Positions 19,210 to 28,358 of a stretch of 64,000 bases of DNA are shown piece after piece (position 1 is the stretch's first letter; each line of letters opens with the position of its first letter). The stretch spans positions 84,517 through 148,516 of the forward strand of contig CAZKHX010000001.1 of NCBI GenBank assembly GCA_964552755.1. The letters are read 5' to 3'. Below the pieces are notes generated by a model. That model saw only the letters and a program-made list of their open reading frames with translations. It was not told the DNA's origin and did not search any database. Both the position numbers and the translations under genes were made by a program. Source of the stretch: Candidatus Micrarchaeota archaeon (GTDB lineage Archaea; Micrarchaeota; Micrarchaeia; Anstonellales; Bilamarchaeaceae).

Positions 19210-19365
19210 TTTCAGGAGCACGAACAGCACCACAATGCTGACTATCCCTACTCCGATGACAATGGTGATATCATCCGCAGGGCGGGTGGTGCTCCAGAAA
19301 TAGGCTACTGCCGCGCCTACCACTACCGCAACAATGGCGCGCGCGGCTTCTATTGCTCCGCCCAT
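19192..19365 (-). CDS. 57-aa two-TM membrane protein (not in the ORF track)
   Basis: Manual translation MGGAIEAARAIVAVVVGAAVAYFWSTTRPADDITIVIGVGIVSIVVLFVLLKSIGKN*. Starts 2 nt after the PRC-barrel stop. Confidence 0.7.
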   Translation of the reverse strand: MGGAIEAARAIVAVVVGAAVAYFWSTTRPADDITIVIGVGIVSIVVLFVLLKSIGKN

Positions 19366-19367
19366 GC

Positions 19368-19607
19368 TTACTGTCTCATTTTCGTCACTACGATTACGTC
19401 CTCAACCGACTTGACGTTCTTGTAGATGACGCTCTTGTCCTTCAGGATGGCCTTTGTCCTTTCCTTGGAGGAGGAAAGCGGCTCGAGAAGGACCCTTGCG
19501 ACTTCCCCGGACTCAAGGTCGACGATAAAGTCCTGGGCAGTGCCTACGTACTTCCCTACATCCGTGAAGATTTCCATCCCGTACATCTTTGAGAGCCGTA
19601 CACTCAT
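19368..19607 (-). CDS. PRC-barrel domain protein
   Basis: LSKMYGMEIFTDVGKYVGTAQDFIVDLESGEV...VKSVEDVIVV. Confidence 0.88.
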   Translation of the reverse strand: MSVRLSKMYGMEIFTDVGKYVGTAQDFIVDLESGEVARVLLEPLSSSKERTKAILKDKSVIYKNVKSVEDVIVVTKMRQ

Positions 19608-19736
19608 TCTAACACCTTGCGCATCCTATTCGAGGAATAGGTTTAAAATCCTGTCCCCCCGTTTTCTACTAATCAAGTTCGCAGGAGTGGCGGTCAGATT
19701 GCCTCCGGCAATAACCCGCCACCTGCTCATGCGTTC

Positions 19737-19866
19737 GCAGGAGTGGCGGAGTCTGGAAAACGCGCCAGACTCAAGGCAAGGGGCCGATTTTCCGTCGCGA
19801 AACCCGGCCTTTGGTGAGCCATCTGGTGGCCTAGCGCCTACGCAGGTTCAAATCCTGCCTCCTGCA
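19737..19866 (+). tRNA. tRNA-Leu(CAA) with 45-nt intron (19776-19820) at canonical 37/38
   Basis: Acceptor GCAGGAG/CTCCTGC, anticodon stem CCAGA/TCTGG with CAA at 19772-19774, long variable arm and GTTCAAATC T-loop. BHB: CTCA pairs with intron TGAG, with 3-nt bulges. No encoded CCA. Confidence 0.95.
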
Positions 19867-19926
19867 AAGCCTTTTTGTCTTAGTCATACCTCGGGCAATC
19901 AGTCGCCGCTTCCGGCGGCCCCAACC

Positions 19927-20027
19927 CGCCAGTTTGCTGGCGGAAGCCCCTGGGAAAAACCCTAAGGGCTGCTACGCAGGTTCAATCGCCAGCAAGCTGG
20001 CGGAAGCAGCAGCGCAAAACCCTGAGG
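19927..20027. repeat. Two 41-nt units (60-bp period), each containing a CGCCAG-N4-CTGGCG hairpin
   Basis: 19927-19967 versus 19987-20027, 32/41 identical by manual alignment. Confidence 0.75.
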
Positions 20028-20092
20028 CGCACCTCACCCCGAACTTCATCCTAATAATCAAGTTTATATGCATTGTCTTCCCATACCAAAGC

Positions 20093-20572
20093 ATGAAGAG
20101 GGTGCTGTTCACGCTTTTGGCCATGGCGGTGCTGTTCGCGCAGATGTCAATAGAGCTTGAACAGCTCGAGAATTCCAATATAGTAGAGTATACAGTAACT
20201 GCCACAGGTGTGCGCGACGGCACGCTCAAGGTTTCCGTATTCAGCGGCAACAGGCAGGTCTCAGTGCAGACAGTGAATGATTTCGACGGGGTGGCAAAGG
20301 GTTTCCTCACGCTCTCCGGCTCGGGTGCATACAAGGTGAAGGTCCTCGAGACCACAACGGACGCATACACCGAAACCGAATTCACATTCAGCGAGCCCTC
20401 AATCCAAGCAAGCACAGGCCCGGAATTCATCAGCGGCGGCGAAATCCCGGAATGGGTGGGCCTCCTCGGTGCAGCCCTCGCAATAATTGTGGTAATTCTC
20501 ATAATTTTCGGCAACCCTCTCTCGCAAAAGAAGAAGGAAGCCGCCGGCAGGAAGCGCCGCGGGAAAAAGTAG
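20093..20572 (+). CDS. Secreted Ig-like protein with C-terminal TM anchor
   Basis: Signal peptide MKRVLFTLLAMAVLFA, beta-rich body, C-terminal TM and basic tail. TATA tttatat at 20063-20069. Confidence 0.8.
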   Translation: MKRVLFTLLAMAVLFAQMSIELEQLENSNIVEYTVTATGVRDGTLKVSVFSGNRQVSVQTVNDFDGVAKGFLTLSGSGAYKVKVLETTTDAYTETEFTFSEPSIQASTGPEFISGGEIPEWVGLLGAALAIIVVILIIFGNPLSQKKKEAAGRKRRGKK

Positions 20573-20635
20573 CTCAATTCGGGCGTTTCCACAATCTTTT
20601 TAAAGGCGGGCACCGAAATAATAGTGGTGTAATTT

Positions 20636-23359
20636 ATGGTAGGTTCTGCACTTAAAGAAAAGGAATGGAGCGGCGTCCGCAAACAGCTTCTCTCTACAGG
20701 GCTCTCAGAGCCGAAAGTCGACCTCATCCTCCAGTGGCTCAATGGGGAAGTCCCCTCCCTCAACATCGACATAAAGGAGGCAGGGGCCAAGTGGTGGAAA
20801 ATCGACGGCATCATCCGCCAGGAAATGAAGGCCCGCGGCATGACGAGCAAGGCAGACCTGATGCTTATCGAGGAGAAAAGGATCTACTATAACAAGGGCC
20901 CGAAGAAGGGCAAGGTAAAGGACGTCAGGCTCATTGCAGAATGGCCGTTTCCGGTACAGAGGGCGGGCCTCCTGCCGTATGAGGACCGCGTAAAGGCGGA
21001 AAGCTACAAGGAAGAGATGACGGCCTACAATTTCTCGCCGGAAATACGCTACCTCGTCTCGGACTTCCTGGTAGGCACCTTCTCGTTCTTCGCGATCAGC
21101 GTAAACGACAAGCAGTCCGCCTACATGCTCGAGAACTACCTCCACAAGAAAGGGATACTCACCACCAAGATAGAGGAGGAAAAGACCAAGGAAGGCACGG
21201 AATATGTCATCTCTGCAGTCAAGTACAAGGGCCCGGAGGAAGAGGAATTCATGGGCAGGCCGCCTGCGGAGAAGAGGAAGCTCTTCATGCAGAGGCACAA
21301 GGAAAGCTATGGCGACCTCTATGGTGACGTATTGGAGATGCACAAGGGGAACATGGAAGACGTTGTCGCGGAGCTCGAGGAAAAATCGGAGAACTTCTAC
21401 AAAACGGCCGATTCGGTTGACAAGAAGATGTACGGGGACAAGGTGCCGTTGTTCGGCTCCAAGGTTTTCTACCGCGACCCCAAGACAAAAGACATAGACG
21501 TTTATGCGGAGCAAGTCGGCTGGGCATCCCCCTATGAGATTTTCCTGCATGGCACTTTCGGGGACCACGTGGGCGCGATGTACATGACGTACATGTTCAG
21601 GATGGCCAACATCCCCAAGGGAAGCGGCAAGATGATAGGCTTCGTGGACGACGTAATCTTTGGGAAGGAGGGGGACCTAGCAACCCTCGACCTTTCAAAG
21701 AAGGCCCCTTCATTTGAAGATACCGATGTCGCGGCCATGGCCGCGGTGATGTATACCCTTTACGGCGGCGCAGGGCACGAGGCACAGGCGGCCGGGAAGG
21801 ACTGGTTCGACATGGTGGGGGAGAACGCGCAGATAGCGCGCAAGAAGGGCAAGGGCAAGAAGGACTACCACACAAAGTACGCTTCGGACGCATACAAGTA
21901 TGTGAGCAAATGGTATGACAAGAAGAAGAGGCAGGACTTCATAGACACCCTCCCCCTCGACGCCAAGGCCGGCTTTGAGTACTGGACCGGCGAGATGGGC
22001 GCCTACCTCTGGGCGCACTACGTGCAGAAGCACGGGGAGCCGAAGACAGAAGAGGAGAGCGCGAAGATATTCAATGCGTGCAAGGAGGCCGCGGAGATAA
22101 TAATCCTCGGGGAAATGCAGGCGGAAATCGGCAACCCTGCAAAGTGGTTCACCCAGATTGTCCTGACCCCCGGGACCTTCACTTTCGGGGACAAGAAGGT
22201 GACCTACAAGGAGGAAACCAAGATAGTCGCGGGCCACAACATCCTCGTCGGGAATGTGAAGGGCCATGGTGACGGCGCATATGTGGTGATGCCGACCCCG
22301 GATTCCTATGGCTCCAACCAGGTGGTTGTCATCGGGAAGATAGTGAAGGCGAAGAAGTCCAAGGAGAACCCGACAGGGTACAAGATAAAGCTCTTCAAGG
22401 ACAAGAAAGGCGACATCAAGCCGGTATTGCACACCGTGAGCGGCAAGGATTCGCTCGGCTGGTCCGGGCTGGCGCCCAAATGGACCACGGCCAAGGAGCC
22501 CGGCACTGAAGCAAGGGACTATGGCTCCTACCCCCTGATGCGGTTCTACCAGAAGTCCACGTGGGACATCTACAAGGACGAAGTGAAGGAAGAGCCGGTG
22601 CCGCTGAGCTACAGCCTTGACGCAGAAGTGACCCAGCCGGGCTACTTCTGGCCGGAACGCTACAATGAGGGCCAGCTGGTGCTCAATGACATCAAGCTTG
22701 CGGGCAAGCCCGTGACGCTCGAGTCGTTCCTTGACAATCCGTCCACCAAGGTGGATTTCGTGCTTGCAAGGCAGCCTGCCGAAGGCGTGGACGAATATTA
22801 CCTGCTCGTCACCCCTGAGCTGGAGAAGGCGAACCCCGGGGCGTACGACCTTGAGCCGAAAAAGAACCCCAAGTTCGTGAAGCAGACCGCAAGGCTAGCA
22901 GGCAACAACATATACATGTACAAGGACCTGAAGACCGGCAAATGGGTCGATGCGCAATATGGCTATAAGCACAAGGGTGATGCGAATATAGAAGAATATT
23001 ATGCAGGCACCTACGAAGTCGACCATGAGAAGGGCATCGTGAGGGTGTTCGCGACCAAGGATTATGAGCCGCTGCTCGTTTCCCACCTTAGCGGGGAGGG
23101 AATCAAGAACAGGCCGGACACGAAGCTGGACAAGGTTGATGGCACGATAACCGTCGAGCTCCCGGCCTCGAGCCAGTGCGCGGCAGTGGTGAAGGACGAG
23201 AATGTCATCCTTTCGGTAAAAGTGTACCCGCCTACAATTACCGTGACCAAGGAAATGAAGCCAAAGAAGGTGAAGGTGGGCCAGGTAACGACCACTAAAG
23301 TGCTCAAGGGGAACGGCTTTGTGAACCCTGTCCACAAGTATAAGTTTGAGGAGGATTGA
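20636..23359 (+). CDS. Large Lys-rich hypothetical protein (907 aa)
   Basis: Long ORF with strongly biased codon use; no signal peptide and no recognised motif. Confidence 0.85.
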   Translation: MVGSALKEKEWSGVRKQLLSTGLSEPKVDLILQWLNGEVPSLNIDIKEAGAKWWKIDGIIRQEMKARGMTSKADLMLIEEKRIYYNKGPKKGKVKDVRLIAEWPFPVQRAGLLPYEDRVKAESYKEEMTAYNFSPEIRYLVSDFLVGTFSFFAISVNDKQSAYMLENYLHKKGILTTKIEEEKTKEGTEYVISAVKYKGPEEEEFMGRPPAEKRKLFMQRHKESYGDLYGDVLEMHKGNMEDVVAELEEKSENFYKTADSVDKKMYGDKVPLFGSKVFYRDPKTKDIDVYAEQVGWASPYEIFLHGTFGDHVGAMYMTYMFRMANIPKGSGKMIGFVDDVIFGKEGDLATLDLSKKAPSFEDTDVAAMAAVMYTLYGGAGHEAQAAGKDWFDMVGENAQIARKKGKGKKDYHTKYASDAYKYVSKWYDKKKRQDFIDTLPLDAKAGFEYWTGEMGAYLWAHYVQKHGEPKTEEESAKIFNACKEAAEIIILGEMQAEIGNPAKWFTQIVLTPGTFTFGDKKVTYKEETKIVAGHNILVGNVKGHGDGAYVVMPTPDSYGSNQVVVIGKIVKAKKSKENPTGYKIKLFKDKKGDIKPVLHTVSGKDSLGWSGLAPKWTTAKEPGTEARDYGSYPLMRFYQKSTWDIYKDEVKEEPVPLSYSLDAEVTQPGYFWPERYNEGQLVLNDIKLAGKPVTLESFLDNPSTKVDFVLARQPAEGVDEYYLLVTPELEKANPGAYDLEPKKNPKFVKQTARLAGNNIYMYKDLKTGKWVDAQYGYKHKGDANIEEYYAGTYEVDHEKGIVRVFATKDYEPLLVSHLSGEGIKNRPDTKLDKVDGTITVELPASSQCAAVVKDENVILSVKVYPPTITVTKEMKPKKVKVGQVTTTKVLKGNGFVNPVHKYKFEED

Positions 23360-23367
23360 GGTGATTA

Positions 23368-25121
23368 TGATGGGCGGTGTGCAAAAACAAAAGAAGGAAG
23401 GGGAAGTCGGCTCGCTGAAGGATGCCCAGAAGGTCCTCGACCTGTGGGTCAAGCACTGGAACGTGCTCAGCATGGACGAGTTTGGCAACCTCATGAATGC
23501 GATAAAATTCTTCAATGATGCCTACAAGTCCGGCAAGAAGATGACTGAGCAGCAGGTTGCGGATTCCATGAATGCGATGATGCAGCTCAAGGGCAAGATA
23601 GAAACGCAGATTTACGAGGGCAAGGCAGCCGGGGAGAAGGTCTCGCACCTTGAAGCGGCAGTAGAGGAAATCAACAAGTACACCACTGCAATCGGCCTCA
23701 AGGAAGGGATGTATTCCATAGAAAAAGGCAGCAAGGTCAAGGTCAGCGACCCCTCGCCCGCAGTGAAGTTCCCGATACCTTCCGTCCCCATCATAAGCGA
23801 GCTTGAGGTAGACATCCGCGACGTGGACCTGAACCCCCAGCTCATCGTCAACATGCATGTGCAGGAGGACAGGGACACGCTTGAGGGCCAGGTTGGCGAT
23901 GCCGCAATGGCAGCTGCGGTCGGCGACACCACGATGGCCGCAAATGCGGGCAGGCAGATCCTTCAGATGCTTGCCGATTCCTGCGGCATGAGCTATGAGG
24001 ATTTCGTGAATCTCAATTGGGGCAGCACCGGGCCGCTCACTGCCGGAGAAAAGGCAGTCCAGGTCTGGGGCGGCAGGGACCCGACAATCAATGCGGACGA
24101 CGCAGAAGCAATCAGCGCAGTAATAGACAGGCTTCTCGCAGGGGATGTCCTCGGCGCGATAAACGCGGGCGGGGAGGAAGGCACTCCCATCGGAGATACG
24201 CTCATTGACTACCTTGAAGGCGTCTTCGAGCAGATGAAGGTGCCGATACCCACCGTCGCAGTTGGCCTTGGCCTCAAGCAGCCGTTCGTGGGGAATGAGA
24301 AAGCCATGCTTGCGGTGCAGGCGGAATTCTATTCTTATTTCTGCAATGTATTCAACCCGATACTTACGCAGACCAGCCCGGGCGTCTACACGGTTGACTT
24401 CAGGCCAACCGGGGAAACCGAGACCAAGTTCGGCGGGACCGGGGGAGTGGCGCTCGCGGCCCAGCTGAAGAATGCGCACTACATGGAAATAGAGATAATG
24501 GCGGGCAAGGACGCATTCCTGAACAAGAAGGGCGGCGTGATGAAGGGCAAGGTTACCTTCTACGGCGCAGGCGACGTGAAGATAAAGACGCTCGACCTGA
24601 CCTTCTACTATTCGGCCGCGGTCGCGCAGTCCGTGCTCGTGGCTGAAAAGAAGGGCAAGCCCGTCACCGCGGGCCCGACCGAAGTAACCGGAGACCTCAT
24701 GGTCGGCCTTGCGCACGCAGGCCCCATCGGTTTCTTCCTTGTGGGCAGCGTTGACTGGATGAACTACTATATGTACAACAAGGCGTACGAGGGCAAGAAG
24801 ACCGCGACCGACCAGCTCACGGGCAAGGCCGCCGCGCAGATCAAGTTCCCAATCTCCAAGGAGAAGGGGATAAAGGGCGCGATAGAGCTTGGGGCGCTGT
24901 TCCCCGGCACGATAAAGGGGAAAAAGCTCAAGCCGGGCAAGCCGGGCGCAACCGTGGGGTTCGCCCTTGACACACCTGCCGCAGTATGGCAGGTGGGCGT
25001 GCAGGCAATGCCCCCCACAAAGGTCACGCCATTCCCGATGGAAGGCCAGCCGGCGATGTTCTTCATTACAGTCGGCTACAGCGGGAAGAAGCCAATAATA
25101 CCTGTAGAGCCAAAACCGTAA
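23368..25121 (+). CDS. Hypothetical protein, helical N-half and beta-rich C-half
   Basis: GAGGTGA Shine-Dalgarno before ATG 23368; abuts both neighbours. Confidence 0.85.
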
Positions 25122-25132
25122 AGGATGTGAAT

Positions 25133-27040
25133 ATGATGAAGAGCCTGCTTTGCGCACTGCTGCTGGTTTCGGTTTTTTTCGCTTCGGTCACCGTTACGGA
25201 GAGTGACCACTCCACGGACTTCTACACGCGGAACATCGGGTCCATCGACTCGAGGTTCCATGCCACCCCCCACCTCTGGTTCGAGGAGGTGCTTACCGCG
25301 TCCACGGATTCCGTGGTGCTTTTCGGAAACCCTTCCGACCTCCATGACGGGGCCATAATCTGCGAAGGAGACGTCAACATGGACGTCGACCCGGACGGCA
25401 CCTACGCGCACGGCGGCTTCGGCCTTTACGCGCATTTCTTCTACGTGCAGGAGCAGTGCCAGCCGGCGACCTATTCCGGCTACACCGAGCGCTCAATCTA
25501 CTGGAACAACTATGACATTTACCGCCTGCCTTCCCAGACCTGCGTTGAAGGCGGCAGCTATTCCTGCTGGGGCGACGAGGGCACCCTGAACCGCCAGGAG
25601 GTCACCTATGAGAGGACCGCAAGCGTGCTCACGGGCAGGAGGGGCAACGTCGCAGCTGTTTGTGACGGCAGCGTCGTCCTCAGGAGGGACGGCACCCCGG
25701 TTTCCACGCTTGGGATAACCGGCTCCGGCTCCACGGTGAGCGGCTCCACTTATCTCGGCTATGGCACCCACACAATCTCCAGCATAATGGACATTGACGG
25801 GTGCGCGATAATCAACAGGCTCGACCCGTGCCTGGACTTCTCCGGATGGGAGGAGTTGTTCACGAGGACAAGCCCCGGAGACGGCCCGGAATACTCCAAC
25901 ACAGTAGGCCCGGCATCCATTACCCTTAATGTCATGGATGACGCGCACATAAGGTGCGACGCGGAAATCGTGAGCGTCGAGCCCAGCCCAATCACCCTCG
26001 GAGAGGACGAGAGCCTTGCCATTGACATTACGATAAGGAACCCGCCCTGCCCGAGCGGCTACTACTGCATGCCGGTCGTGGTAAGCGGCGTAACGGTCAA
26101 CGACCCGTTCAGGTGGTTCAGGGTCGTGACCTCCGGCACGCCGCCGTTCGTGATAAGGCCGGGCGAGAGCAGGACCTACAGGGGCAGCCTGATAGCGCCC
26201 TCCGACCTCTCAACCGCGCCGGACAGCGTAATCTTCACAGTGCACACGAACTGCGCGAACTTCGACGGCAGCATTGCAACCGACTGCGGCGGGGACAACA
26301 GGCCCCTCGAGATACCGGTGGAAATCCCGTTCGACCGTGAAGAGGAAAACGAGACTGAGCTCAACATAATCCCGGTGCTCCCGGGCAACATGACTATCCA
26401 GATAGGCAACGAGACCCCGGATATCGACCTCACCACAAGGGTCATCGGAGGCCCGAGCAACTCCGGCCACAGCAGGTTCTGGCTGTTCTCGGACGTGAAC
26501 GGCACATTCACCCTCCTCGACTTCGCGGAGTGGAGGGTGCCGGCACTCACCGATGCGGACTGGCCGCACCCCTATGGCAGGCTCACCTGCGAAGAGGAAA
26601 TGGACTACTGGGTGATGATGCTCGTGGACGTCGCGGACACGACCGTTGAGTCCAACGAGGACGACAACTTCGACTACTTCGTTGTCCACTGCAGGGACCT
26701 CACCGAGCCGGGCCCGGAGGACCACTACTGTGAAATCGAGCCCCCCGAGTACGAAGGGCTCCCGGGCGAGAGCTACGAGTTTGACCTCTACTGCGACGGA
26801 ACGCAGGACGACTGCTACTACGCGGATGATGTGGACTGGGACGTGACCGAGCACGGAACGCTCGAGGACTACAACGACATCTGGGCGAACGTGACAGTTG
26901 ACGAGGGCCTCGTGGTCACAACGGAATATGAGACCGTTACCGTCACCGCGACAGTCGACTATGGGGAAGAGGGCGATGCGGTCTGCACCGCGCAGATAAT
27001 AATCCCGAACACGGAAGTGGAATGCATCTATTACGTGTAG
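25133..27040 (+). CDS. Secreted acidic Cys-rich Ig-like/CARDB-like surface protein
   Basis: Signal peptide MMKSLLCALLLVSVFFA, many Cys, CARDB-like VDVADTTVESNEDDN and a very acidic C-terminus. Confidence 0.8.
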   Translation: MMKSLLCALLLVSVFFASVTVTESDHSTDFYTRNIGSIDSRFHATPHLWFEEVLTASTDSVVLFGNPSDLHDGAIICEGDVNMDVDPDGTYAHGGFGLYAHFFYVQEQCQPATYSGYTERSIYWNNYDIYRLPSQTCVEGGSYSCWGDEGTLNRQEVTYERTASVLTGRRGNVAAVCDGSVVLRRDGTPVSTLGITGSGSTVSGSTYLGYGTHTISSIMDIDGCAIINRLDPCLDFSGWEELFTRTSPGDGPEYSNTVGPASITLNVMDDAHIRCDAEIVSVEPSPITLGEDESLAIDITIRNPPCPSGYYCMPVVVSGVTVNDPFRWFRVVTSGTPPFVIRPGESRTYRGSLIAPSDLSTAPDSVIFTVHTNCANFDGSIATDCGGDNRPLEIPVEIPFDREEENETELNIIPVLPGNMTIQIGNETPDIDLTTRVIGGPSNSGHSRFWLFSDVNGTFTLLDFAEWRVPALTDADWPHPYGRLTCEEEMDYWVMMLVDVADTTVESNEDDNFDYFVVHCRDLTEPGPEDHYCEIEPPEYEGLPGESYEFDLYCDGTQDDCYYADDVDWDVTEHGTLEDYNDIWANVTVDEGLVVTTEYETVTVTATVDYGEEGDAVCTAQIIIPNTEVECIYYV

Positions 27041-27068
27041 GTGCAATCCCTCCTTTTTCTTTTATAAT

Positions 27069-28358
27069 TCAGAGCTTCAGGGTTTCCCCTTCCTTGGGGA
27101 TGGTCACATCATATTTATCCCCGAGAGCGTCGCTGATATTCTCCAGCGCCTTCGGGTCCCCGTGTATGAGCACCACAGTCTCCAGCTTCTTCATCCCCTT
27201 GATGAACTGCACCACTTCGCTCTTTCCCGAGTGGCCGGAGAGCCGCACCTCGCGCACCTTGAGCTTCAGCTCAACCTCCTCCCCGTCAATCTCGGGCCTC
27301 CGCTCCCCTGCGAGTATCTTCGCGCCAAGCGTCCCCTCCGCCTGGTAGCCCACGAATATGAGCTTGTTCTTCGGGTCCGAAGCCATATGCTTCAGGTACC
27401 CGAGCGCGGGCCCGCCCGAAAGCATACCCGAAGTGGACACGATTATGGACGGCTCCTTGAACACATCCCGCTTGTCCTTCCTGCGCGGGATGTGGAAATG
27501 CCTGCTGTTGAACGGGTCGTCCTCGCTCATGAGTATGCGCCGCTTTATCTCATCCTTGCAGTATATTGAATTCTGCCTGTAGATGCGCATCGCCTTCTTT
27601 ATCATGCCGTCCATATAAATCGGCACGTCCGGGATGAGGCCGGAGCGCATGTAGCTCTCAAGCAGCATAAGCACCTCCTGCCCCCTGCCTACCGCAAATG
27701 AGGGTATGAGCACGTGCCCGCCCTCCTTGAGGGTTTCGTTTATCTCCTTTATGATGCGGCTTACGCTCTCCTTCGTGCTGGGCAGCTCCTCGTCCCCGTA
27801 GGTGCCCTCTATGACAACTACTTCCGCAGGCAGGCCGCGCTCGCATCCGTCCAGCAGCCGCGTCCCCCGCACCGAAATGTCTCCGGTATACAGCAGCCGC
27901 TTGCCCTCTTCCACAAGGAACATCGCGCTCCCGAGTATGTGCCCTGCGTTGTAGGAGACTGCATGAAACCCCCCGGCGCGGAACCAGTCCCCGAACTCGC
28001 GCGCGGTGAACCTTTTCCTGATGTCGTCCAGGTTCTTTTGGGAGAATGTGATGCCCTCGCCTATCCTCTTGTAGTCCGCGAGCAGTATTTCCATCAGGTC
28101 GTGCGTGGGCTTCGTCCCATTGATGCGCGGGGAGAGCTTCTTCTCGAATACGTGCGGCAGGTAGCCAGTATGGTCGAGGTGCGCATGGCTCACGCAGATG
28201 TCCTTCACCCTCTTGAGCTCATTGCCCGTAATGGTGGGATATTCCACCTTCTCTCCGAGCTTTATGCCGCAGTCCAGCAGGAGCCTCTTCTCCCCCTCTT
28301 CCAGGAGGAAGCAGTTCCTCCCAACTTCCTGCGCGCCTCCGTAAACAGTAAGCTTCAT
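27069..28358 (-). CDS. MBL-fold beta-CASP ribonuclease (aCPSF-like)
   Basis: SHAHLDH, NAGHILGS, YTGD, FAVGRGQE, LSGH and LIHGD motifs; no KH domains. Confidence 0.92.
   Translation of the reverse strand: MKLTVYGGAQEVGRNCFLLEEGEKRLLLDCGIKLGEKVEYPTITGNELKRVKDICVSHAHLDHTGYLPHVFEKKLSPRINGTKPTHDLMEILLADYKRIGEGITFSQKNLDDIRKRFTAREFGDWFRAGGFHAVSYNAGHILGSAMFLVEEGKRLLYTGDISVRGTRLLDGCERGLPAEVVVIEGTYGDEELPSTKESVSRIIKEINETLKEGGHVLIPSFAVGRGQEVLMLLESYMRSGLIPDVPIYMDGMIKKAMRIYRQNSIYCKDEIKRRILMSEDDPFNSRHFHIPRRKDKRDVFKEPSIIVSTSGMLSGGPALGYLKHMASDPKNKLIFVGYQAEGTLGAKILAGERRPEIDGEEVELKLKVREVRLSGHSGKSEVVQFIKGMKKLETVVLIHGDPKALENISDALGDKYDVTIPKEGETLKL

Noticed and set aside
19426-19965. 179-aa plus-strand ORF spanning the tRNA
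   Set aside because: It overlaps the PRC-barrel gene in antisense and the whole tRNA-Leu, and has no protein-like features.
19927-20027. Possible CRISPR mini-array
   Set aside because: Only two imperfect units, a spacer too short for a CRISPR array, and no cas genes in the window.
19880-20060. RNase P RNA interpretation (CAGTCGCCGCTTC recalls the bacterial rnpB 5' region; GATGAAGTTCGGG on the minus strand)
   Set aside because: No GAGGAAAGTCC-type CR-I with a matching ACAGAA..CGGCTTA CR-V able to form P4 on either strand, and no room for P1-P3.
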